From positions 1-56,911 of the IMG/VR virus record IMGVR_UViG_3300044541_000010: a stretch of DNA of 56,911 nt; one strand, 5' to 3'. A model generated the notes under the pieces. That model was not told the origin of the DNA. It searched no databases and saw only the letters and a list, made by a program, of their open reading frames with translations. The DNA comes from a virus (Duplodnaviria; Caudoviricetes). Below are positions 1 through 9,027 of the stretch, one piece after another. Both the position numbers and the translations under genes were made by a program. Each line of letters starts with the position of its first letter. The first letter of the stretch is position 1.

Positions 1-127
1 TCAGGTCCACGCCGGCCCGTTCCTTCTTGGCCGTGGCCAGCTTGTTGATGACGTGAGCGAACATGGTGATCCGGCGGATGTCGTCTGCGTTCATCATCTG
101 ACGGCCGCCGAGTCGTAACACGATCCC
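1..127. repeat. Terminal direct repeat (copy 1), identical to 56785..56911; probably an assembly circularisation overlap
   Basis: First 127 nt match last 127 nt exactly; the gene at 56720..56881 and the VRR-NUC stop overlap (ATGA) across the junction. Confidence 0.95.
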
Positions 128-507
128 CCGTCATGCCACCCCGGAGGGCACGTGCAGGCGGCTGAGATGGCCACAGAGACGTTTTCGGGGTGGACCGGGG
201 GTGGTGTCAGGGTGCCGAGCCATGCGACCGCCTCAGCCACGCTACGGCACGGCGACAGGATGGCCCCGCCAGCGGCTCGGATCTGCTCGGCGCGCAGGCG
301 TTGAACGGCGGTCGGCTGGCCACCCCCGGGCATCTTGGTCTCGATGCTGATGAACATGCCCAGGTAACACCCGGCGATGTCGGGGAGGCCAGCCATCATG
401 GTCGGTCCGCCGTGGTTCTTCCACACGAACGCGCCTCGTGCGCGCAGGGCATCCATGATCTGGCGAGATAGTCGGGACTCGGGTTGTGTGGTCATGTGCT
501 GCTCCAT
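94..507 (-). CDS. VRR-NUC / Holliday junction resolvase-like PD-(D/E)xK nuclease
   Basis: ESRLSRQIMDAL...GLPDI...FISIETKMPGG..PTAVQ..I..AGG signature. Confidence 0.85.
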   Translation of the reverse strand: MEQHMTTQPESRLSRQIMDALRARGAFVWKNHGGPTMMAGLPDIAGCYLGMFISIETKMPGGGQPTAVQRLRAEQIRAAGGAILSPCRSVAEAVAWLGTLTPPPVHPENVSVAISAACTCPPGWHDGGSCYDSAAVR

Positions 508-669
508 CTACTACGGAGGCCCGGTGCAGACGCGGAAGGCGACACAATCCCGAGGAGGATCCACCCACGTTCCACGTTGCACCGGGCCAATCCCGGCGAC
601 GGTAGAGGCATCGGAACGACCACCGACACACCAATGGTGGCGTACTAACCGGCTACCGTCAAACGACCG

Positions 670-1428
670 CTACAGGTCGTCCAGGTCCAGGTCGTCGTCC
701 TCGTCGTCGGCCGGACGCCGGCGCTTCTTCGCGGCGGCCTTCTTGACCGGGGGCTCGTCCTCCTCGTCGTCGTCCTCATCGTCCTCCGGCTCGGGGCGAC
801 GCTTGGCGACCTTCTTGACGGGCTTCTTGACAGGCGGCTCGTCCTCGTCTTCGTCCTCGTCCTCCTCCACGACCGGGGCGGGCTTGCGGCGCGCGACCTT
901 CTTCGGGGGGGCCGGCTCGTCTTCCTCGTCGTCCTCATCGTCGTCGTCCTCGACGGGCGCGGGCTTCTTCTTGGTGGTGGCCTTCTTGGCGGGCTTCTCG
1001 TACACCTCCTCCTCGTCGTCCTCGTCACCGCCCTGGACGTCGTCGACCGGCATGAAGTCCTGGACCTTCGACCGCATGCGGCCCTCGTACTCGTCGTCTT
1101 CGAGGAACACCCCGACGGTCTTGCCCACGAGCTTGTTCGGGTCGACCATGACGAGCTTCTTCGGCACGGGGATGCCCGCCGCGATGAACATCTTGCGGAT
1201 CTTCCAGGCGTTCTTCTCGTCCTGGCCGGCGTACACCGGGTACGACGAACGCTCGTCGCCGTCCACCTTGACCGTGAACAGCCACATCTCCCCGCCGTTG
1301 TTGGAGGTGTGGTCGTCCACGTTCACGATGGTGGCGGTGTAGTCGCCCTCGGGCTTGTGCCGAGGCCGGAAGTTCGCCCCCTCTTCCTTGACGTTGCTGA
1401 AGTCAACCTTGCGCTTGGTGGCCGTCAT
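670..1428 (-). CDS. Single-stranded DNA-binding protein (DUF669-like) with long acidic/basic low-complexity tail
   Basis: PEGDYTATIVNV OB-like N-terminus; D/E and K-rich repeats; DLDLDDL C-terminus; adjacent to Sak4-like ATPase. Confidence 0.7.
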   Translation of the reverse strand: MTATKRKVDFSNVKEEGANFRPRHKPEGDYTATIVNVDDHTSNNGGEMWLFTVKVDGDERSSYPVYAGQDEKNAWKIRKMFIAAGIPVPKKLVMVDPNKLVGKTVGVFLEDDEYEGRMRSKVQDFMPVDDVQGGDEDDEEEVYEKPAKKATTKKKPAPVEDDDDEDDEEDEPAPPKKVARRKPAPVVEEDEDEDEDEPPVKKPVKKVAKRRPEPEDDEDDDEEDEPPVKKAAAKKRRRPADDEDDDLDLDDL

Positions 1429-1434
1429 GCCGGG

Positions 1435-2274
1435 TCACACCTTTCCGGTTTGGATAGCCGTCACCAGGGAGGTAACGGTCGGGTTTCCGATGAAGTCCGG
1501 CAGGACGTAGTCCGACCGAAACCCCGTGTCGTACATCTCATGAGGACCGACCCACAGGCGCCGCTGCGTCGTGGTGGATACCTCGCGCTCGACCACACCG
1601 GACCGGGTGCGGACGTGGCGTGTGGTGACGAAGTCGCCTCGGACCACGTACATCCGGCCGATGACGTCGCACACCTGGTTGAACGGTGCTCGGGCACCCT
1701 TCGACAGGTCGGGCACGTACATGTAGCCGGCTGGGCTCGCGTCGTCGTCGCCGTCCATGTCTTCCATGTTGGCGATTTCGATCATGCGTTCTTGAGCCGT
1801 GAAGATGATGCCGATGTCGCGCAGCGCGTGGAACTGGTGCACCGCTTCCTCAATCATCTTGTTGGCTCGGCCGTAGTCCTGGATCTTCACGTCAGTCGGC
1901 TTGCGCGACAGGTCACGCACGGCCTCTTGCGATCGAATGAAGTTCACTGCGATCTGACCGATGCGCGTGCAGCCGTCCCACGCCACCCACCGGTACGGAC
2001 GGCCGGTGATGGGCGACTTGTTGGCTCGCGACTTGAGGAACCCAGCCGCGTCCACGAGATCCTCCCACGCATCCACCGGCCACGTGTCCGGGTCGCGCTT
2101 CTTCTCCTTCTCCGTACCGTCCTCGGGGTCCAGGATCAGGACGTCCGGGGCCGTGGTGCAGAACCTCGTCTTGCCTTTCTTGTTGCGCCCGTACACGAAG
2201 ATGCGGGGTGACCGCTCGCGCCGGGTGGGTGTGGAGATGCGACGCTTGGCGATGGCCGCGTAATCCTTAGCCAT
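1435..2274 (-). CDS. AAA_24 / Sak4-like ATPase (recombination)
   Basis: IFVYGRNKKGKT Walker A, VLILDPEDGT, WVAWDGCT, IIFTAQE, CDVIGRM. Confidence 0.85.
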   Translation of the reverse strand: MAKDYAAIAKRRISTPTRRERSPRIFVYGRNKKGKTRFCTTAPDVLILDPEDGTEKEKKRDPDTWPVDAWEDLVDAAGFLKSRANKSPITGRPYRWVAWDGCTRIGQIAVNFIRSQEAVRDLSRKPTDVKIQDYGRANKMIEEAVHQFHALRDIGIIFTAQERMIEIANMEDMDGDDDASPAGYMYVPDLSKGARAPFNQVCDVIGRMYVVRGDFVTTRHVRTRSGVVEREVSTTTQRRLWVGPHEMYDTGFRSDYVLPDFIGNPTVTSLVTAIQTGKV

Positions 2275-2456
2275 CAATCCTCCGCCTCTCCATACTTCTG
2301 CCACGGCTGCCAACCCTGGGCCGCGTCGTCGCGTGCCTCGTCCAGCAACGCGTCAACGGCGATCCACTCTGGCGAGCCTTTCGGGTGCACATTGCGGCGC
2401 ACCTTCAACCACTTCTGCAAACCGGCGGCTACTTCCTCGCCCGACCAGTCAGCCAT
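2274..2456 (-). CDS. Hypothetical protein
   Basis: Tightly packed ORF within the leftward operon. Confidence 0.6.
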   Translation of the reverse strand: MADWSGEEVAAGLQKWLKVRRNVHPKGSPEWIAVDALLDEARDDAAQGWQPWQKYGEAED

Positions 2457-2653
2457 TAGTCGCCCTGCGGCGGCGTGATCGGGAGTCCGGCCACGGTGTT
2501 GGCGAGTCCCAGGGCGTCGAGGTCGACACCGGGGCAGTGCAGTTGGTACTGCAGGATGACGGCTCCCTTCACTGGGTCACCCCACGGGTGGGGATCGTGC
2601 TCGACGTACTTGACCCGGCACTTCTTGATCTCATACGGCACCGGTCTCGCCAC
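2456..2653 (-). CDS. Hypothetical protein
   Basis: Packed ORF in operon. Confidence 0.5.
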   Translation of the reverse strand: MARPVPYEIKKCRVKYVEHDPHPWGDPVKGAVILQYQLHCPGVDLDALGLANTVAGLPITPPQGD

Positions 2654-2849
2654 CCCATCGCTTCAGGGCGTCCATGAACGTCAGGTCAGGAACCACCTGG
2701 TTGCGGTGCTCGCCCGTCGTGGCGTTCGCGCCGACGCGGACTGCGCACCACATGACGAGGCGACGCGGCATGCGGTAGGCGATCCACAGTGGCAGCTTGT
2801 CGTGCCACCACTGGTGAGTCCGATACTTCCACCATCGGTATATCTTCAT
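2631..2849 (-). CDS. Hypothetical protein
   Basis: GGAGG RBS upstream; operon position. Confidence 0.6.
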   Translation of the reverse strand: MKIYRWWKYRTHQWWHDKLPLWIAYRMPRRLVMWCAVRVGANATTGEHRNQVVPDLTFMDALKRWGGETGAV

Positions 2850-2896
2850 CCGTTCCTCCTTCCGGGGTTACATCGTCGCCGTGAGCCACGGCTCCG

Positions 2897-4027
2897 TCAA
2901 TCCTTGGTGGGGTCGGGCTGGTCCTGGTAGTAGTCGAGCGGGTCGCCAACGCGGAAGTTCTGTCGGCGCAACCGTCCGGCCTCGCCCGTGAACAGCTCGA
3001 CGGTGCACAGTTCGGTGTAGTCGCACATCCAATCGCACGACCGGTCCGGCACCCTCTCAACGGCGTCTGTGGCGTCGAAGTCGTACGCGTGCATGCGGTC
3101 ACGGGTATGCATGGCTGCCGCGACCACACGCGCGATCATGTCTTCATCCTTCTCCAACTCGGCGCGTCGGAAGAACGGTGACGTCTGCACCATGCCGGGT
3201 GTCCAGCGTTGCGCCTTCAATGCGCGCAGTTGTGCTCGGTCCCACTTGTCGGTGCCCTGAATACCGAGCCGTTTGATCTCGCGCGCCATCGTCGGGTAGT
3301 CTGTGTCGATTGCCTTGCTGGACAACCCTTCCCGCTTGGTGCCGACGTACACCAGGCGGGGCACGGTGGGTGCTTTGGTGCGGACGTAGTTCCACATGAA
3401 CCGCGTCACGTCCAGGCCGTTCTCACGAGCGCACCAGATGTAGAGGGCGGATGCCGCGTCGAGCAGTCGCGTGGTGCTGTTCGGCAATGTCTTGTGAGTC
3501 TTGTGGTCACCGACGAACAAGCCGTACTCATCCTCCGCGAGGATGTCGAGCCGACACCGGTAGATGCCCTCGCCGTCGGGCCACGGACACTCCAGCGTGA
3601 TCTCCGTATCGTGCACCTTCCACCCGTGCATGGGGTCGGACTTGTCGGCCCCGTAGTGCCACAGGTACGAGCGCATCAGACGCATGCACTCGTCGGGCAG
3701 GTCGCCCAGCGCGTCCTTCTCCTCGTCGAACAGTCCCCCGAACTGCTTGGTCAGGATCTCGTGCTCGGCCCGCCAGTCCTCGCCCCGGTAGTACAACTCC
3801 AGGAGCCGGTGGAACCACGTCCCGCGTTTGAGGGGCAGCGCACGCGCCGACACTTTGCGGGGCTTGAGCCGCTCGGCGTACTTGTACTGCGCCTGCTTCG
3901 GGCACCGACCGAACGACTTGAGCATGCTGTGCGTGGTGATCTGCCGGCCAGCCGCATCGACGTACAGCGCGGGTGTGGTCACACCCACTGACGCCAGTTG
4001 CTCGGCCCTCCGGTCACGGCCTACCAT
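2897..4027 (-). CDS. Cas4/RecB-like PD-(D/E)xK exonuclease
   Basis: THSMLKSFGRCPKQ, RGTWFH, RLDIL..VGDHKT, C-terminal CDWMCDYTELC; start approximate. Confidence 0.85.
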   Translation of the reverse strand: MVGRDRRAEQLASVGVTTPALYVDAAGRQITTHSMLKSFGRCPKQAQYKYAERLKPRKVSARALPLKRGTWFHRLLELYYRGEDWRAEHEILTKQFGGLFDEEKDALGDLPDECMRLMRSYLWHYGADKSDPMHGWKVHDTEITLECPWPDGEGIYRCRLDILAEDEYGLFVGDHKTHKTLPNSTTRLLDAASALYIWCARENGLDVTRFMWNYVRTKAPTVPRLVYVGTKREGLSSKAIDTDYPTMAREIKRLGIQGTDKWDRAQLRALKAQRWTPGMVQTSPFFRRAELEKDEDMIARVVAAAMHTRDRMHAYDFDATDAVERVPDRSCDWMCDYTELCTVELFTGEAGRLRRQNFRVGDPLDYYQDQPDPTKD

Positions 4028-4205
4028 TGAAAGCCTCGCGTGTTCCGTCTGCGATTGCATCGGCAATCAGGTTTCCAGCTGATCGATAGGTCTCTAATGG
4101 TTGATCCTCAAAGGCTTTGTTCCATGCGTCAGTCGTTCCTTCGCGCACGCCGCGTGTGAGTGCGTCGAGCCATTGTTGGGGGGTTACTCCGTCGGGGAGG
4201 TCCAT
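4014..4205 (-). CDS. Hypothetical protein
   Basis: Packed ORF. Confidence 0.5.
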   Translation of the reverse strand: MDLPDGVTPQQWLDALTRGVREGTTDAWNKAFEDQPLETYRSAGNLIADAIADGTREAFNGRP

Positions 4206-4555
4206 CAGACGTGCTCGATGTCGGACATAGCCAGCGCCACGCAGGCGACGGTGAGGTATCCGCCGTGAGCACTAGCGAGGGCCGTCAGACCGTCCACCAG
4301 CTCACCGGACACTCCCTCCGGGTCGATGGGCGAGATACCCTCGACCAGCGCGTCTGCGATGATGTGGGCGGCTGCGTCACGGCCCGCTTCGATGGCGTTG
4401 GCGAACCACGTCAGGACAGTCGCCTTAAGGTCAGCCGCCGGCATCACGATCTCACCCGGTGCGATGCGGTGCACACGGCAGAACTCGTCCGCCCACACCT
4501 GGGCGTCAGTGCCCATCCGGGCGATCAGTTCAAGGTCGGTCATCAGAAGATCCAT
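4205..4555 (-). CDS. Hypothetical protein
   Basis: Packed ORF; DAQVWADEF...WFANAIEAG looks like a recurrent small phage protein. Confidence 0.6.
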   Translation of the reverse strand: MDLLMTDLELIARMGTDAQVWADEFCRVHRIAPGEIVMPAADLKATVLTWFANAIEAGRDAAAHIIADALVEGISPIDPEGVSGELVDGLTALASAHGGYLTVACVALAMSDIEHV

Positions 4556-4666
4556 TCCACGAGTTTGATGGCCGCGCCGAGCACGACCACCACGACGAAC
4601 ACGGTACCGACACCCACCGACGATCCACGGCGACGCCGGCCAGACGTGACTACGAGCGGACCGGCG

Positions 4667-4846
4667 CTAACGCGCAACCGAACGCGCACGACGCACCTTC
4701 CACACCACGAGCAGCGGCAAGGCCACTACGGCTATGCACGTCATCGCCACGGTGACCCAGAACGCGGGCAGGTAGTGGTCGAGCGCCATGCCGATCCACA
4801 GCAGCGCGCACGCCACCAGAACCAGCGGCGGATCTTCGGTCTTCAT
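4667..4846 (-). CDS. Small membrane protein (two TM segments)
   Basis: Translated by hand: MKTEDPPLVLVACALLWIG...VVALPLLVVWKVRR; ATGA overlap with pol stop. Confidence 0.55.
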   Translation of the reverse strand: MKTEDPPLVLVACALLWIGMALDHYLPAFWVTVAMTCIAVVALPLLVVWKVRRARSVAR

Positions 4847-7449
4847 GACACCACCTTCTCAATCCACTCGGCCAGCTCGTCCGGCCGTTGCAGCATTGTC
4901 ACGTCGTCTAGCGGAGTCGCGCCACCCCAATGCATCCCCAGCTTGCAATCAGCGATCACGGGTACCGTGAGGTTAATGCCGAACATCCGTTGCAGGGGCA
5001 GATTCTCCATCACCTGCTTGATGATTGGCAACGCGGCGGTTGCGTCGTCGCGGTGTATCTCGAAGTTCACCGCGTCGTGCACCGCCGCGATCGGGTACGC
5101 GCGCAGTCCGAGCTTGCGGAACGCCCGGGAGGTGTGGACCAGGGACAACGACGCCATGTCCGAGGCGAACCCCTGAACCGGCGAGTTGATGGCCTGACGC
5201 TCGGCTTCCGACCGCACGCCGTCATCTTCCGACCGGATGTCCGGCAGGTTACGGACTCGACCCATGGGCGTCTGCACCCGGCCGTACTTGTACGCGAGCC
5301 GGCGCTGCTTGTTGTGCCACGGCATCAGTCCGGGGAACTCGTCGAAGAACGTCTTCCGGAACGCACGCGCCTCCCCCTCGGTCACGTGCACGCCGTAGTT
5401 CGACCACGCGGTACTGATGAACTTCGCCCATCCCATGCCGTATAGGAATCCGAAGTTCACCGCCTTGGCCCGCTTGCGTTCCTCTGCGGTCACGTGCGCG
5501 GCGGGCTTGCCGGTCATGCGCATCGCCATGGCCATGTGGATGTCTTGCCCGGTCTGGTACAGGTGGAGCATCCGGCGCTCGTCCGCGAGCCACGCGGCCA
5601 CACGGAGCTCAACCTGCGAGTAGTCGAACTCGACGAACACGTGACCAGGCGCCGCGCCGAACACCCCACGGGCGAGCTTATTACGCGGGACCTGCTGCAT
5701 GTTGACGCCACGGTTCTGCTTCGTGGCGGCCACCTTCTCGGCGTCTTCCTTGCCGGACGACATGCGACCGGTGACCGTGCCCCACGGCTTGAACACCGAG
5801 TGAATCCGTGAGTTGTCGTCGAGCTGTTCGGACCACGGACCGAAGAAAGCCGTGTCGTACTTGTTCCACTCGGATCGTTGGTACAGCAGCCCGGCGATCG
5901 GGTGGCCGATCTCGGCCAACACGGACAGAGTGTCGGTGTCCACCGACGGGTCACCCGGCGAGCCGTCGTCCTTTCGCTTGCCCCGCTTGATGACGGGCAA
6001 ACCCAGGTGGTCGAACAGCAGCCACCGCAAGAAGTTCGATGGGTTCCAGTTGATGCCCTCGGACTTCAGCTCGCCCGTTCGCTTCACGTACACCTTGAAC
6101 GGGTGGTCTGCGGGCACGAACGTCAGCAGCTCTCGTTCCAACACTTCGAGCTTGCCCCGGACGGTGTTCCAGTTGGTCACCAGCGTGTCGCGGTCGACGT
6201 ACACCCCGCGCTGCTCGACCGCTATCAACTCCTGAACCAGCGGCATCATCAGGTGGGTGAACAACGCGGCCAGCCGTTTGTCGGCCATGAGCTGTTCCTT
6301 GAACACGTAGTACAGACGCAGGTCGTGCCACGTGTCGAGGCCGTTGTAGGTGAGGATGTCGGCCAACGGAATGCGCAGGTACCAATCAGACGAGTGCACG
6401 TCGATGCCCCACGGGTCTGCCCCGAGGATGGACTGCGCCAATCCCTTCAACGCCTTGGGCCTGTTCTCATCGAGCACGGCCGCCGCCACGATGGTGTCGA
6501 ACGTCGGCGTGAGCAGACGAGTCGCACACGGGGACTGGCCGAACCGCCGCAACCACTTGGTATCGAACTTCGCATTGTGCGCGACCAGGCGAGGGCACTC
6601 AAGCAGCGCCTCGGTCACCATCCGCACCACGGTCAACCACCGAGCTGTGCTGCCGTGCATTACCGGCTCATTGAATGGTGACTCCGGATGCCACAGGGGG
6701 ATCTCCCACGTGTGTGCCGAGGCCATGCCGTCAGCGCCGGCCGTCGTGACCGCGATCGACACCATGCGGGCGTCTGAGTCGAACTCAGAGCCGCCGTTGG
6801 TTTCGATGTCGTACGCACTGACCACCGCGCCCCGTATGGCCGTCAGCGCGTCTCTGAGGGCCGCCTTTGTGCCTACGGTGGTGACGTGCCCCGCGTTGGT
6901 ATGGAACGGGATACCGTCGGTGGACTCGCCGCGCACCAGCCGAGCGAAGTAGTGCAGGTCGGCAATGAACCCCGTGCGCAACCCCGGCGACCGGGCGACC
7001 GCCGCTGGACTGATCGTCGGGAAGATCTGCCCGTTGCCCTCGGACACGTCGAACAGTCGGCCCCGGTTCTTCGTGATGTCGGCGTGGCCGGACGCGGCGA
7101 ACCACGCCTCAGCGCCGAACGTGATGACGTAGTCCGGGTCGACGATACGGAACTCATCGCGAAGGTATGGCGCGCATGCCTTCTGGTCACCCTTCGACGG
7201 CTCGGCACTCCACGTGTTGCACTTGACCGCAGCCGCCCACATGAACGTCTCTGCGTCGAGGCCGACCTCTGCGAAGTACGACACCAGCTCGGCGCGCATC
7301 TTCGACGCGGCGGACAGCGGCGTCTTGGTCACGATCATGATGCGCGACCGATTGCCGGATGCGACCACACACACCTGCTCGGCATCGGCGTGGAGCTTGC
7401 ATTTGGTGCAGTCGGCGTTGCGCACGGCGAGTGCTAGGCCACGGTTCAT
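4843..7449 (-). CDS. polA: Family A DNA polymerase with 3'-5' exonuclease and N-terminal family-4 UDG-like domain
   Basis: Exo YDIET/HNAKFD/YNGLD; pol TVTGRMSS, DYSQVELR, KAVNFGFLYG, AINSPVQG, VHDAV; N-terminal CTKCKL..AVKC..ACAPYL..E....P..VITFG. Confidence 0.95.
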   Translation of the reverse strand: MNRGLALAVRNADCTKCKLHADAEQVCVVASGNRSRIMIVTKTPLSAASKMRAELVSYFAEVGLDAETFMWAAAVKCNTWSAEPSKGDQKACAPYLRDEFRIVDPDYVITFGAEAWFAASGHADITKNRGRLFDVSEGNGQIFPTISPAAVARSPGLRTGFIADLHYFARLVRGESTDGIPFHTNAGHVTTVGTKAALRDALTAIRGAVVSAYDIETNGGSEFDSDARMVSIAVTTAGADGMASAHTWEIPLWHPESPFNEPVMHGSTARWLTVVRMVTEALLECPRLVAHNAKFDTKWLRRFGQSPCATRLLTPTFDTIVAAAVLDENRPKALKGLAQSILGADPWGIDVHSSDWYLRIPLADILTYNGLDTWHDLRLYYVFKEQLMADKRLAALFTHLMMPLVQELIAVEQRGVYVDRDTLVTNWNTVRGKLEVLERELLTFVPADHPFKVYVKRTGELKSEGINWNPSNFLRWLLFDHLGLPVIKRGKRKDDGSPGDPSVDTDTLSVLAEIGHPIAGLLYQRSEWNKYDTAFFGPWSEQLDDNSRIHSVFKPWGTVTGRMSSGKEDAEKVAATKQNRGVNMQQVPRNKLARGVFGAAPGHVFVEFDYSQVELRVAAWLADERRMLHLYQTGQDIHMAMAMRMTGKPAAHVTAEERKRAKAVNFGFLYGMGWAKFISTAWSNYGVHVTEGEARAFRKTFFDEFPGLMPWHNKQRRLAYKYGRVQTPMGRVRNLPDIRSEDDGVRSEAERQAINSPVQGFASDMASLSLVHTSRAFRKLGLRAYPIAAVHDAVNFEIHRDDATAALPIIKQVMENLPLQRMFGINLTVPVIADCKLGMHWGGATPLDDVTMLQRPDELAEWIEKVVS

Positions 7450-7937
7450 GACCCGTACTTCACCACGTCTACGCCAGCCGCGTCGAGTAGAAGGACTGAG
7501 CTGAGGTCCCGGTACGCCCGGTCGTACACCACGCGCACGACACCCGCGTTGATGAGGAGTTGCGCGCACGGCACGCACGGCGACATCGTCACGTACGCCT
7601 CACACCCTTCGACCGAGACACCGTGACGCGCCGCGTACGCCACGGCGTTGGCCTCCGCGTGGACGGCCAGCTTACACCCACCAACCGCCGCACATGTCTG
7701 CTCGTGACCCCACTGCAACATGGCCGGGGGGATGAACCGACTGGTTGTCTTGCTGGCCGTACACCGGCAGGTGTGGTCGCAGTGCGGCATGCCGGCCGGC
7801 GTGCCGTTGTAGCCGGTGGTGAGGATGCGTCCGGCGAGCGACAACACCGCGCCGACGGAACCGCGCGAGCACGTCGACCTCTGGGCCATGATGCCTGCGA
7901 TCTCCATCAGCATCGTGTCTCGACTGATGCGCGTCAC
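7446..7937 (-). CDS. dCMP deaminase
   Basis: RSTC.R..VGAV, TGYNG, HAEANA, SPCVPC motifs. Confidence 0.95.
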   Translation of the reverse strand: MTRISRDTMLMEIAGIMAQRSTCSRGSVGAVLSLAGRILTTGYNGTPAGMPHCDHTCRCTASKTTSRFIPPAMLQWGHEQTCAAVGGCKLAVHAEANAVAYAARHGVSVEGCEAYVTMSPCVPCAQLLINAGVVRVVYDRAYRDLSSVLLLDAAGVDVVKYGS

Positions 7938-8806
7938 GACATGCGCTCCTTGAGCTTGGGCACGTCGGCCACGAACAAGTGGAGAGACGCCACGTGGATC
8001 AGCAGGCGGCCGACCGTCACGTCAGGCGGGCACGTGTTCCCGTTGTGCTCGGCGTGGTCCTCGTCGAAGTCCAGGGCAGTGTAGTGGTTCACCGCGTCGG
8101 CCACCCACCCCATCAGGCGCGAGGCCATATAGATGTCGTTGTTGAGGTGGCGGTACACATCGCATGACCGCAGGTAATACCGGCACGAGAGCTCACCGTT
8201 CCGGATCATAAAGTGGTACCCGAGCGTGCACGGCACGCGGATGGGCTTCCCGTCACGCTCGGCCCCGGTGTCCTCGGGGAACCACACCGGGAGGTATGCC
8301 TGGCGCGTGCCTCGGTCGCGGACGAGCAGGGCGACGACGTCCGACAGGTCCCCGTAGTCGAACCGGATACCGTGATGCGGCGTGTTCTTCCCCGCGTTGT
8401 ACGTCACCGGATACCGGTTGCCCGCGTGACGCGGCCAGAACCGCTCGGGGTAGGTGTGGTCATACTCGGTGCCCGTGGTGTGGTCGGCGTTGCCTCGGAC
8501 CGCGTGCGGCCATCTGGCGGCGCTGGGCGGGGGGTTGTACGGGATACCCGACACGCGCTCATTGAAGTGGTCGGATGCCCACGGGAGGTCAGGCGCCATG
8601 AACATCGGGCCGTCCCACGTTGCGGGATGTGGAACGACGATCGTCATGTCTTCCATCTCATGCATCGCGTGGAGCTTCGACCCGCGCACGTTCATGGCCT
8701 GCCACGTGTCGGTCATAATGGCCGGCGTGAAGATGAGACTATCGATGAGCTGGCCGTAGTTGGTTTCGTTCCACTGCATCTGTGACACACCGTGCCGTAG
8801 CAACAT
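7934..8806 (-). CDS. Thymidylate-synthase-fold enzyme, probably acting on dCMP (hydroxymethylase/methylase-like)
   Basis: TRQAYL, VPCT catalytic Cys, RSCDVYRHLNND with Asp where ThyA has Asn, HVASLHLF. Confidence 0.85.
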   Translation of the reverse strand: MLLRHGVSQMQWNETNYGQLIDSLIFTPAIMTDTWQAMNVRGSKLHAMHEMEDMTIVVPHPATWDGPMFMAPDLPWASDHFNERVSGIPYNPPPSAARWPHAVRGNADHTTGTEYDHTYPERFWPRHAGNRYPVTYNAGKNTPHHGIRFDYGDLSDVVALLVRDRGTRQAYLPVWFPEDTGAERDGKPIRVPCTLGYHFMIRNGELSCRYYLRSCDVYRHLNNDIYMASRLMGWVADAVNHYTALDFDEDHAEHNGNTCPPDVTVGRLLIHVASLHLFVADVPKLKERMS

Positions 8807-9027
8807 CACTCGTCGCCCTTCATGAGCTTGCGTCGGATACACACACTGCGGAGGGTCATCGACGACCGGGCATGAGCCAGCGCGATGCGCGCGAGCGTGG
8901 TCTGGCACCCCTCGTAATCTCCGTCTCGGAGCTGCTGCTCGGCCACCCCCATAGATCGGATGATGGATTCCTTGAACGCGGCGAACTGGACGACCAGATC
9001 TTCATTCGTCTTCGTCGTCGTCGTCAT
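8806..9027 (-). CDS. Small helical hypothetical protein between the two TS paralogues
   Basis: ORF overlapping both neighbours. Confidence 0.55.
   Translation of the reverse strand: MTTTTKTNEDLVVQFAAFKESIIRSMGVAEQQLRDGDYEGCQTTLARIALAHARSSMTLRSVCIRRKLMKGDE

Noticed and set aside
1-127. Terminal repeat as biological genome ends
   Set aside because: 127 bp equals a common assembler k-mer and the junction falls inside an intact operon; it indicates circular assembly only
2897-4027. Cas4-like gene as part of a CRISPR system
   Set aside because: Stand-alone Cas4-like exonucleases next to Sak4 and SSB are ordinary phage recombination genes
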